A DNA stretch of 64,000 bases from Vicugna vicugna (lineage: Eukaryota): the NCBI GenBank assembly GCA_013265495.1, contig MU058781.1:9343009-9407008 (forward strand), read 5' to 3'. This document shows positions 40,415-52,090 of this stretch, piece after piece. A program made the position numbers and the translations under genes. The notes beneath the pieces are model-generated. The model was given only the letters and a program-made list of their open reading frames with translations, was not told the origin of the DNA and made no database searches. Positions within the stretch are counted from its first letter, which is position 1. The number at the start of each line of letters is the position of its first letter.

Positions 40415-40554
40415 TGTTTTGGTGGTGGGAGGCAGGGGTAGGTAATTAGGTTTACTTATTTTTATTTATTTATTTAAATGGGGATCCTGGGGATTGAACC
40501 CAGGACCTCATGCATGCTAATTACATACTCTACCACTGAGCTATTCCCTCCCCC
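40415..40554 (-). mobile_element. tRNA-derived SINE (camelid-type)
   Basis: ggtaattaggtttacttattttt...ctggggattgaacccaggacctcatgcatgcta...ctctaccactgagctat; pol III A and B boxes on the - strand. Confidence 0.88.
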
Positions 40555-40622
40555 TCTGAGTTGAGTGTTCTGACAGACTAATAAGATGGCAAGAATCACT
40601 AGCAGAAAACACCAGGGGAGTG

Positions 40623-41125
40623 CAGTTGACCCTTCACAGGTTTAAACTGCATGGGTCCACGTATATATGGATTTTTTTTCCAGTAAATATATGTAAATAT
40701 GAATTCCTCTTTCACATTAATCATTTCATTTTTCTTGTCTACTCTTAGTAAGACATATAACATCTAAAGTGTTTTGCGTCTCGTAAGACAATAATGATAC
40801 ACGTACTGATAGAAGATTCATCTTGTAAACAGACAACAAACACTTATGGTATCAACAAATACAATACAGTACTGTATATGTATTTTCTCTTCTTTATGAT
40901 TTTCTTAAGGTGTTCTTTTCTCTAGCTTACTTTATTGTAAGAATAACTGCATAACACGTATAAAATACAAAATATGTGTTAATCAACCATTTATGTTATT
41001 GATGAGGCTTCTAGTCAACGGTAGGCTATTAGTAGTTAAGTTTTGGGGGAGTCAGAAGTTATACTTGAAATTTTGACTGTTAGTGGTTGGTGCCACTAAC
41101 CCCTGCATTGTTCAAGGGTCAACTG
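40623..41125. mobile_element. TcMar-Tigger non-autonomous element (Tigger2a-like)
   Basis: TIRs cagttgaccctt / aagggtcaactg, internal ggctattagtagttaagttttggggga motif, length ~500 bp. Confidence 0.88.
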
Positions 41126-42359
41126 CATTTCCTATTTCTATGACTTTACTGGTGTCTCTAAAGTCTTCATCCTTCTTTGGATGCAAAGTCAAAGAAGAGA
41201 AAGGTACTTCATTTATAATTTAGTAACACTTGCATGCCTTCCCCTTGAGGACATGGCATGCCATGTTTAATATTAGTTGCTCCTTTAAAGCAGTGCTGTT
41301 TTATTTAAGCATCTTAAAAAAGTGTGGCTCCACTATACACTTTGCTTGTTTCAATGGAAGTTAAAAGGAAACTATCGCACTCACACACAGTTGTAAGACA
41401 CAGTTGGGTGTTTTATTGCTGAAGAGCGTGGATTCAGTACACAAGTTTCTAGCTGTGATGTACTCTAGAATGTGGGATTCTCTTATGATTGAAAGGATGT
41501 GGAGTAGCCTTTTGAGGACTGCCTCACATATTTAATGTATAGCTTGTTTTGTCTGGGGACTGCTGCTCGGAACTCTGCCATCTGTAGTGGGTGGCAACCA
41601 AGTCTCCGTCTTGAAGAATTCATCTGTTAATTTTCTTTCTTTCTTTGACTTGATGACACCATTGTGGTTACTTCTCCTCCCTCTCCAATCAATAACATCT
41701 CATTTTCCATTATTACATCTTAAGTATATTGCCATGGTTGCAAGCTGTTACATTTTCATTTTGGAAATGTGATGGCTGGAAAAAAATCTGCCTGGAAAAA
41801 GTAGTTGGAGTTCAGATTCTCCAGACAGGATGGTCTTTCAGATGAATTAGTGCTTTGATGGAAGCACAACTCCACCTGCCTACATGTCTCAGTTTGGCTC
41901 ACCCAGCCGTGTAACCATTTTATAGAGGAAGACCCTGAACCTTGGGCGCGAAGTCACCTGCCCCCACGGGATGGCTGTAGCTCTCAGAGTGCTGGGTCCT
42001 GACTCTGTTCTGCCTTGTTGCTTCTCTTAAGCTTACATTTGAAAGAATACCAGGAGATTTTAGAAGCAGAGTCTTATTTCCATTTGGCTCTCAGGAAAGA
42101 CGTGTTTGACTGTCAATAAAAGTCATCCAGAATTTTCTGTGTTATTTTCTACCTAAATGTTGGTATGGCAGTCCTCATACAGTGACTGGACTTGAAGTCA
42201 CAAGTTGGTCTTTTGACAAATGGAAGAAATCTGGAGGGTAGTTTCCTGTGTTTCTGTGTCAAATGGTTTTAATGCCTTGGTTGATCTCTAATGGACACCA
42301 CTTTTTGGGGGGAGCTGGGGAGGGTGTTCTTACCTTTTACTAACGCATTTCAAATTTAG

Positions 42360-42700
42360 AAAAAATAACAGCGCGTGTTTGAAAAGTTGTCTGGGAGCCT
42401 CTCTTGAAAAGACATGGAACTGTCTGGGGAACGTGTTCTCAGTCGGAGGAGGAGTGTGGTTCGGGAGTGCTTGGCTTGGAGGGGCTGCGCGCGTTTGGGA
42501 CTGACGGTGGCTGCGTCTAGCCTGGCAATACCCGTGGGTGAGCCCATTGTGGGAAGCACTTTCTCCTTCGTGGTTTGGGCCGGAGTGGTGGTGGGAGGCT
42601 AGGTGTGGGGGTTCTGACTTTCCCCTTCCTCCAGCCTTCCCGCCGGCCTGCATCCTGGGGCCAGGGTGGGGTGGTGGTGGTTCTGGGCTGGTGAACACAG
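42360..42700 (+). promoter_or_regulatory. Small CpG/GC-rich element: candidate internal promoter or enhancer with donor at 42538
   Basis: Local GC/CpG enrichment (gcgcgtg, gcgcgcg, cccgccggcc) in non-repeat DNA, and TGG|GTGAGC at 42538. Confidence 0.4.
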
Positions 42701-43109
42701 TTGGGGAGGAAGGGGAAAAATTCAGCTCGTGGGCCACTGACTGCATCTTTCAGGGAGCCTTGTCTTTGTGCAGTTTGAGTTAAAATGCAAATCTGGGTTT
42801 ATTTCTATTTACAGGGGGCACAATTATGCCCCTTTTCCAGTAAAGAATAATCCTTAAGTGGAAGTGGTGCCCCAAGAAATGGGCTGAGCTGATTTCTCTG
42901 GTGAGAATAGGCCCATCTTCTCGACATCCGTTACTTCTTTCTCTCTCTGTCCCTCCCTCACCCTCACCCGCTTCAAGTCTATTCAGTCAGTCAGTTGATT
43001 CTGCCTTCATCATGTTTTCACGTGGGTTCCTGCCCCTGGGACACTGCCGAGGCTTTCTCATTGTAAAACTGAAAACCACTCACCTCACCCTTCCAGACCG
43101 CCCCTGTTG

Positions 43110-43300
43110 AAACATCTTAAAGTCCTCAGGAGCTGTGTGGCCTTAGGTGGTTACCTGGCCTCTGAGTGTCCAGGGGCTATGTAAAATGAGCGTAATTATG
43201 GTACCTACCTCTTGGGTTCTTGTGGGTTTTAGATGAGTGAACATATGCAAAGCACTTCAAAACCGGCCAGGCGTACAAAGGTGTATTACCAGTGCTGGCT
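43110..43300 (+). mobile_element. MIR SINE
   Basis: gctgtgtggccttaggtggttacctggcctctgag...gtaaaatgag...gtacctacctc...aaagcactt. Confidence 0.7.
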
Positions 43301-44060
43301 GTTCGTGTTGTGATGGGTAATGCTCACCCGCCACCCAGACTCTCGAATGGCTCAATCAATTGTAGGGTAGCATCCAACGTGGCCTGAAGCCGGCCTCCTC
43401 CCTTAGTACTGATCTGCGCCAGGAGCCAGCCTCACTGGGCTTCTTTCCTCTCACCTTCCTCCCCTTTGGTTGGGATTCACCCTCTAGCCCACCTCTCCAT
43501 CTTCTGAGTTTGAACAAAGCACCCCTGTCTCCTTCTCTTCTCCCTCTGTTGCCTCCTGCTCTGTTTCCTCTTCCTCCCTCTCCTCCTTCTGCTCTTTTCT
43601 TTCACCTTCTACCTCCACCAGCCCACCCCCACCCTGTGTTTTATTATTAAAACAGCTTGAACACTGGGAGGTAGGTCGCACTGGATCGTGTGTTCTTAGT
43701 GGTCTGGCACATAGCAAGAATGGGTGACCAGAAAGGCTGAAAATTTACATTAGCAAAAATAACAGGCTGAGAGGACCCTGTGATGTCAAAGAAACCCCCT
43801 CTTTGTTTTTATGGAAAAACCATATTTTAAATTCTAGAGACTTCTACCTAATTCTTTTGACTTGTGCGTGTCTATATGTGTGATACACATTCGTTTTTTA
43901 AAAGAGTCTTACTGCTAACTTGCTAAATTTACATCGTGTATGTTGTGAATAGGAGGGACTTATTTTAATACCACATATGTAAATGTTCTTGTGAAACACA
44001 ATATATCATTTTTGAATAAGCTCTTTCCCCTTTGTGGCTTTTCATTCATTTTTACTCCAG

Positions 44061-44310
44061 ATTTCCTATAAATCTTTCTGATAATGAAGGTGAATTAAGC
44101 AAGGCCCTGGCATTCTGATAGATTTGTTTAAGATCTGGTTCACAGCTTTTGTCTTCAACTGGTTTTGTGTGATAAAGGCCTTGCATGCTTAAAAAAATTT
44201 TTTTTGTAACCTCATCTAATAATTGACGGGACACTGAAGTTTGCAGTTGCATAATATCCAGAGTTGAAAATGTGAAAAATAAGGCTACAAGAGCATGTTC
44301 CATTAACATG
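44061..44310 (+). other. Candidate 250-nt exon ending in ATG
   Basis: Long pyrimidine tract ending tttactccag| at 44060 and consensus donor ATG|GTGAGT at 44311. Confidence 0.55.
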
Positions 44311-47026
44311 GTGAGTAATAATTCTTTCTTTCTGAAGCAAGTCGAAGGCTTGCCTTGGAAGGGTAGGTATTTCTCTGTGAGGTCAGGAGGTCGTCTCCTG
44401 GGTCCGAGAACAGGTGTTTAGAAATCAGCTTGTTGGCCTCCGCAGACATCAGGGGAGAGTTCAGGGTAAGCACGTGCCTCCCCGCTTTTCCAGCTGTCAC
44501 CTTCCTTTCTGCCTACAAAGCCCACTGATGCTGAGCTGGTGAGAGCAGATAAATAATTTAGATGATAGTATCAGCTTTGTCAGAAGCCCGTAAAGATTTC
44601 TTGGAGGGGTTGGATCTAAACTCTTTCTGAATTAAGCCCTAAATTATTAATAATGTGAAACTAGGGTGTATTTCTTGCCTGTGGTGTATATGCTGCTGTA
44701 TTTTGAAACTGCATGATTTGTGGGTCCCTTTACCAGTTGTTCCGCTTTTTTGGTCTAATGCAGACGGCGTGGAGGAGATGGAAAGTTCTAAGCATTTTTA
44801 TAATCACCACTCGATGTCGTTTATGGCCCTGATAAATTCAGGAGACAAAACAGAAGTAGTTAGTCTCTCGGGCCTCAGTTTTCTGATCTGTAAAATCAGG
44901 AGAGGTGTTGAAGATTCCTTCTAGCTTTAAATTGCATGACTCGTTCTTTTAGAATTTAGGTGGAATTTGTAACATTAATGGGAACTAAAGTCTAAGCCAT
45001 TAAAATACGAGACAGAAATCAGGTTATCAGACACAGGGTTGTTTTTTCAGCCTAGCCTCTGCCAATCCAAGCCTTGTTATAACCACAGTGTGGCCAGATC
45101 TCATGTTCCATTATTATTTCTTCCACTTGAGAATGCTTCAGCTGTATAGATCTATCATAGTGGTTGTTACACTGTAAGTTTCCCCATATCCATCAAAAGA
45201 AGAAAATCCATCACGCTTTTGACTGCTTTTCCTCTCCAAGAAAATGATCTTTAAGAGAATGACATGTAATATAGACTTTATATTCTTAAGGCATTGGAGA
45301 AACTGCGTCTGAAATAAAATCAATACGTGATGCAGTGGTTTATTTACACTTAGAATATTGAATGGCAAAGCGTTTTATCAAAGACTTTGGAACCAAATAC
45401 ACATTCCAGAGTTGCACAAAGTAAAAGGATAGAAGGATGTAGAAATACAGTTACTACAGTTCAGTTACTCTATGTATCTCAACTACACTAACCGCATAAA
45501 ATAGATTTAGGAGAGATTAAGAAATTTGATATTAGGATTGGTATGTTTGGAGATTTTTTTTTTAAGTTGCATCCCATAATCTCAATTTAAATTATAATAG
45601 TTACTAGGCAACTGAAAGGCACAAAAGCATAGTCTTACCCTTCATATTACTAGTTCTATTTTTATTTCATTCTGTTTTATAGGTATAGGTATAAATTATG
45701 TGTTGCTGTTGCATCTTTTTAGAGAATTCCTTTTTTTAATGTTCTGTAGCAGATCATATAGCATGGAAATTACTGGTCCTTGAAATTTAAAATAATTGGC
45801 CAATAAAAAACCAAATGGGCACTGAGTCTTTTTCTTGGTGTAAACTACTTGACACATTTTTTAATTTCTTCTATTTATCTTGCTTTTGAGAATTCAAATC
45901 TATGCAGAAAACCATCAGGTACATTAAGATTTTAAATTTTACCATGAATCATTTTGCGATCTGTATCAGTATCAAATCATACTGTGTTAAATTTACACAA
46001 ATTATGTGTCAATGGTATATTGGTAAAGCTGGAAAAAAGACGAATAAAATGTTGCCATGAAATTATATGTTAGATACTCTACTTAATAAAAATTTAAACA
46101 CATAGTTATTTCTAATTTTATTTGTGTTTTCTGTTTTTCTTTAATTAGAGCTGTACATTTCCCGCCACAGAATCTAGCCCTTAGATTCCTTTATTTATTC
46201 TAATCCTTTTTAGTTTTCTGCTTACTTTTTGATGTGATCTTTGATCTCTCAAAAGGTGGCATCACATTCACAGGTCAACCCGAAACCCACTGGCTTGTAG
46301 TCCACCCTGGGAACAGAAGGCCCTTTGCCTCCTCTGTGGAGAATTTTTTGTCTCCTTCATCCTCCAGAGGAAGGATGTAAGAACTCACAGGTTTTTACGT
46401 CTGTCTGACTCTTTCTCGCCCATCTCCCATCACCTGCCTTCGACTCTTGGCCCCATTGCTGCTCACAGGCTCATAGTTTACAGCCACCATCACTGTGCTG
46501 GGTTCAAATAGGGCATGCCCTCCCCTTGTCACTCTGGTCCGAGCTTGGACAGAGACCCCTCCCATTGCTCCTCAACAATTTCTGAATTGAGGCTATAACA
46601 TTTGACGTGACTGGATGAAAGTTGAGGCTAACAGGAGCACAGAGGATGACTTACAGTTAGCTGTGAGCCATGGCTGTCATGGGAGCCAGAGGTCTGGGTC
46701 ATCCACAAGGTGCTATTTTAGGGTTGATGTGCTCCCGGGCTCTAGGTGTCTTCCGTGGGAGTGGAGGTCAGTATCCTTCACCATTCTGGGGTACCTGTAA
46801 GTACATCTATACCCCTGAGTGTCCAGGCCAAAGTCTCACTAGAATGAGAGAAAAAAGGGAGTTTCTTTCTCGCCTAAGACCTTCCTTTCTTTATTTCCCG
46901 TTTCTGGATCTACTTCTTCCTGGCATGCCTGTGGAAAAAATACTCAGTTCCATCGAAGGAAACATCCCAGCTTACCCAAAGTGCTATTACCTTAACCTGT
47001 AGCCCTAGCCAGACAACCCCATAATC

Positions 47027-47191
47027 CAGTGGTCCACATGTTTTTAGCTTTATGGACACAGGCTTTGAGTGATCCACGAACACCGTGAAGCTATGTGCAA
47101 ATTTTTGTGGGTGTATGCTTTTTTCTGGGGAACAGATTCATAGCCTTTATCAGACCGTTAAAATGATCTGGCATGAAGATTAAGAACCACT
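47027..47191. mobile_element. hAT-Charlie fragment (Charlie4-like)
   Basis: cagtggt...ttctggggaacagattcatagcctttatcaga...ttaagaaccact. Confidence 0.6.
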
Positions 47192-49513
47192 TTTTAGGAG
47201 TCTGCTTCCAGTCTGGATTACTTAGGGCATGTACAGTTTCCTCAAGGTAGGAAATTGCTCAAGGTGTCACCTGTAGTCCTTTCTCCATCAGCACATAAAT
47301 ATGGGTATCTTCTCTCCAGATATCTGTGTCTCTGCTTTTGATCTTTTACAAACAATTGCTCAAATGCAGAGATCTCCATGCAATAGTCTGTAGGAACCAA
47401 ATGGTCCAAATCCATCCTTGGACAAGAAACATTTCTCCAGGACAAGAAACAGAGCCTGCAGGGATGCAGTTCTGCCTAGTCTTATAACAATCTTCATTTC
47501 ATCAGAAATCTTTGCATAATGAAACTCTTATTAGGCTGGTTTTCCTACGGACAAAGAGATAGCCTTCTGCAAAGTGATAGGATTCTGAAGATCTTAAAGC
47601 CAACACTTAACTAGGTCTGAATTCTTATGACCACATGTACCTCCTTTTCCCAGCAGTCTTTGCAGGATGGAGACTTCTTTCAGGCACCTGCCCTAGGACT
47701 TGGAGCCCCAGCAGAGAGATGATGGGAGCAAAAGTTTTCTTTTCTCTTATCACATCTAGCTTCAGACATCTCATTTCCTGCTGTACTTGGAACCTGGGCA
47801 TCTGTCCTGGCTTGATGTTGGATTCCTCAATTTTCTCACAGTCCCCACGGACTCTGGCAAAGTTCCTCTTTCTTTGCTGAAACTGCAGGGCAGCTTAATT
47901 TGCATTGTAATGAGCCCAGTTTATGATGCCTGGCAATGTGTTCACTAAATGCTGTTTGTCTTTTTGTGTGTGGGACTCATTCACTCTTTCAAGTACTGCA
48001 TGGATGTTCACTCTGGTCCAGATTTGGGGTTGGGAGTAAGACTGAGGTCAAGTCATTGCAGCTTTGAAAACTGGGAACCAAGGCAAATAGTCCTGAGGCC
48101 TCTTAACATAAAAAGGCTGTCCAAGGAAAGCTTTTTGGTGGGGCTCTCATCCTGCCTCTCCCATCCACTCTCAGCATTACTTATTAATTTGAAATAGGAT
48201 CACTCTTTTGCCTTTGTCTACTGTTTTTCTATCTTATGTGGCTCTCCTTGTTGGAGGTGGGTTCTGGGGCTTTGAAAACTACTTGCTGGATAGTTTCTAA
48301 TGCTATTATTAGATGTGGAAAAAGGAAACCCGAGAGATGCGAATTTGGGTCACTGGCCTGGCGGGTTGTCCATTTTCTCAGGATAATGTAGTTTCTCGCT
48401 CAGGTGCCATCAGTGAAGGTTAGCGGAGGCCTCTCACTTCTGGCCCTCACATCGTAACTCAGGAGGTAGATTGCAAAATGGTGTTTCTGAATCTCGCCAC
48501 AATCAGTGCAAGGGTGGAAAATGTCTCCAGATTCTGATCATGCCTGCTTTCTGTGTTTGTTCCCGTGGTAAATTTCTCTGTCTGTTAATATATTTTCATT
48601 TTATAGGAAGCTCAGACACTTTACTAGTATATGATTTCACTTGAAATTTTGAAAAACATTTTTTATAAAAAATGATAATACAAAATTGCAGCTTGTGATC
48701 ATTTAGGCCATGAATAGGGAGTTCTATCCAATTTAAAATACAGAATCTTTCCTAGAGACTTTGAGAGTTTGGAATTTCATGTAAAGAAAATGTAAAATCA
48801 AGAAATGCCTAATAGAATTTAAGATTAAGAGATCTTTGAGTTTAACTTTAAAGTGTCTCAGTGAATTGTTTTATTGTAACGGATTTTATAGCCCACTTTA
48901 GTGTTCACGAAATGTCTTATATTGAACTGGGTTACAATAACTATTTTACAGCATTATTAGCACCTTAGTTTAAAACACAGTGTATGTAAAGAAATGCTGT
49001 TTCATGATGAACCATTTTGTAATTCGGACCTTCTCTAAATGGCACGGTCTCCCTCTTTATTACGAGCTTTAATGTGAATTCTTGTTCTTCTTTTGTGGGT
49101 TCTTCTTATTTTTAATACACTTATTGCCACATATGCTGGAAGTCTCTTGAACATTGTTAAATATAAATTGTTGAATAATTTCAAGTATTGGTGTTCATCG
49201 GTGCTCATAAGTACAAATGCCATTTCTGTCCCTTAAAGTGTACAAAACATAGGAGTTTGAGGGCTTCCCAGCCAGCACACAGGTACCTTTATTTTGAAAT
49301 TTGTTTTGTGTGCAGTTAACAAAAGGTTAAAAAAAAAGTCCTTTTTGACGGTTTGGCTAAAGTCCTAGAATTTGTACATGACTGTGCAGTATGCTCTTAC
49401 TGCATCACATGTTTAGTATCCTTAGCCCCTGTTCTTGGGTTCTTCACCTGACCAAGGTAAAGATTAGTGGAAGAGGATTTCTATTCTGCTTCCAAGGGAT
49501 TATATCACAGTAA

Positions 49514-49546
<33 letters not shown>

Positions 49547-49598
49547 CACACATATATATATATATTATATATATATTATATATGTAATATATATATAT
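49514..49598. repeat. (TA)n-rich microsatellite at an L1 tail
   Basis: Imperfect TA dinucleotide array directly abutting the 3' end of an antisense L1. Confidence 0.9.
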
Positions 49599-50672
49599 TA
49601 ATTGAAGTGTAGCTGACTTACAATATTATATTAATTTCAGGTGTACAACATAGTGATTCAATATTTTTATAGATTATACTCCATTTAAAGTTATTATAAA
49701 ATACTGGCTATATTCCTTGTATCATACAATATATCCTTGTAACTTATTTATTTTATACATAGCAGTTTGTATCTCTTAATTCTCTGTCCCTTTCTTGCCC
49801 CTTCCCCCTTCCCTCTCCCACTGGTAACCACTAATTTGTTCTCTGTATCTGTGAGTCTGTTTTTATTTTGTTATATTCTTTTGTTTCTTTTATTTTTTAG
49901 AGTCCATATATAAATGATAACATACAGTATTTGTCTTTGTCTGACTTATTTCATCAAGCATAATACCCTCCAGGTCTTGCTGCAAATGGTGAAATTTCAC
50001 TTTTTTATGGCTGAGTAGTATTCCATTGTGTGTGTGTATATTTATATTTGTATCTCACATCTTTGTCCATTCGTTTATTGATGGATACTTCCTATTGTTT
50101 CTGTATCTTGGCTATTGTAAATAATGCTGCTATGAACATTGGGTTACATGTATCTTTTTGAATTAATGTTTCTGTTTTCTTCAGATATATACCCAGGAGT
50201 GGAATTGCTGGATCATATGGTAGTTCTATTTTTAAGTTTTTGAGGAATCTCTATACTGTTTTCCATAGTGGCTGTACCAATTTATATGCCCAGCAACAGT
50301 GTATAAGGGTTCCCTTTTCTCTACATCCTCACCAACATCTTTTTATTTGTAGATTTTTTGATAATAGCCATTCTAATAGGTGTGAGGTGATATCTCATTG
50401 TGATTTTGATTTGCATTTATCTAATGATTAGGGGTGTTGAGCATCTTTTCATGTGCCTGTTTGGCATCTGTATGTCTTCTTTTGAAAAACGTCTATTCAG
50501 GTCTCCTGCCCATTGTTTAATTGGGTTGTTTGTTTTTTTGACACTGAGTTGTATATATACATACAACTATATATATATATATTTTTTTTTTTAGGATATT
50601 AACCTCTTGTCAGTCATAGCATTTGCAAACATTTTCTCCAATTCAGGAGGTTGTCTTGTTTTGTTGATGGTT
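49599..50672 (-). mobile_element. 5'-truncated L1 (3'UTR plus ORF2 end)
   Basis: tttcaggtgtacaacatagtgattca, cccaggagtggaattgctggatcatatggtagttcta, aggtgtgaggtgatatctcattgtg. Confidence 0.93.
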
Positions 50673-50697
50673 TATATTATGGTAAATACTTAAAATT

Positions 50698-50862
50698 AAT
50701 TTTTAAAAATTGTGGTAAAACACACATTACATAAAATTTACCATCATAGCTCTTTTTAAGTTTACAGTTCACTGGCATTAAGTACATTCACATCATTCTG
50801 CTATCGTCACTGCCTTCGGTCTCCTGATCTGTTTTCATCTCACAGAACTAAAACTCTGCATG
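50698..50862 (-). mobile_element. L1MB-type 3' end fragment
   Basis: ttgtggtaaaacacac...cataaaatttaccatc...ggcattaagtacattcaca. Confidence 0.75.
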
Positions 50863-50916
50863 GTAAAATGTATTGTATATACAAATACATCCATAAAGCT
50901 GAAATAGTAAAAAAAA

Positions 50917-51216
50917 TTTTTTAATATTCTTCATGTATCTTATTCTTTTTTTAACATTTTTTATTGATTTATAATCATTTTACAATATTGTGTCAAATTC
51001 CAGCGTTCAGCACAATTCTTCAGTCATATATGGGCATATACACACTCATTGTCACATTTTTTTCTCTGTGAGCTAACATAAGATTTTGTGTATATTTCCC
51101 TGTGCTATACAGTACAATCTTGTTTATCTATTCTACAATGTTGAAATCCCAGTCTCTCCCTTCCCACCCTCCACCCCCCTGGCAACCACAAGTCTGTATT
51201 CTATGTCTATGAGTCT
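50917..51216 (-). mobile_element. Young L1 3' end with TSD
   Basis: Reverse complement closely matches the L1 3'UTR at ~26432-26726. Direct repeat tgaaatagtaaaa at 50900-50912 and 51217-51229. Confidence 0.9.
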
Positions 51217-51324
51217 TGAAATAGTAAAATTCTTATGGTAGGAGATACAGCTTGATTTGTATCCTCTCTTTTTTCACCATTTTGGTGTCTTTAGCTAACA
51301 TTTATATGGTGTTTTATTATAAAT

Positions 51325-51450
51325 ATTCTTGCTTACAATTCAAAGCTCACATGAGGTAGACATTAATATTCCCATTTTATAAGTGAAGAAATTGAGGTGG
51401 TCATAGAGAGGTAATGAAGGAGTCAGAATTCCAGCTTAGTGCCATTATCC
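51325..51450 (-). mobile_element. MIR SINE (interrupted by L1)
   Basis: tgaggtagacattaatattcccattttataagtgaagaaattgagg. Confidence 0.7.
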
Positions 51451-51463
51451 TTAAATCCTTTCT

Positions 51464-52004
51464 TTTCTTTTTTTTAATTTTTCTTTTCTTTTTTTGTTGT
51501 TGAAATAGAATTGGCTTACACATTGTGCTAGTTTCTAGTACAGTGAAGTGATTCAGTTATATACATGTATATATATGAAATGAATGTATAAGATATATAA
51601 TATTCTTTTCCATTATTGTTTATTACAGGATATTGAATATAGTTCTCTGTGCTATACAGTAGATCATTGTTGTTTATTTTATATATAGTAGTTTGTATCT
51701 GCTCATCCCAAACTCCCAGTTTGTCCCTCTCCACCCTCTTTTTCCCTTTGGTAACCATGAGTTTGTTTTCTATGTCTGTGAGTCTGTTTCTGTTTTGCAA
51801 ATAAAGTTCATTTGAGTCATATTTTAGATTCCACATATAAGTGATATCCTGTGATATTTCTCTTTCTCTTTGTGATTTACTTCTCTTAGTACGATCATCT
51901 CTAGGTCCATCCATGTTGCTGCAAATGATATTATTTCACTCTTTTTTATGGCTGAGTAGAAGATGTGGTATACACACACACACACACACACACAATGGAA
52001 TACT
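51464..52004 (-). mobile_element. L1 3' end with 5' inversion and TSD
   Basis: Antisense L1 3'UTR at 51464-51959, then a sense piece at 51960-52004. TSD ttaaatcctttct at 51451-51463 and 52009-52021. Confidence 0.9.
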
Positions 52005-52057
52005 GCCTTTAAATCCTTTCTCTTTCCGCTATACTACACTTCAAAAGACTGTGATTA

Positions 52058-52090
52058 GTCCGTCCGTCCTGCCTGCCTGCCTGCCTGCCT
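52058..52090. repeat. (CCGT)/(CCTG)n tetranucleotide repeat
   Basis: tccgtccgtcctgcctgcctgcctgcctgcct. Confidence 0.8.

Noticed and set aside
40415..40554. tRNA-like A and B boxes (also 33374-33470)
   Set aside because: Diverged and attached to an A-rich tail: SINE copies rather than tRNA genes.
26432..51216. Inverted pair of related L1 3'UTRs as a long-range dsRNA or back-splicing driver
   Set aside because: The copies are ~24 kb apart, share only ~270 bp and are visibly diverged, so pairing is unlikely to be significant.
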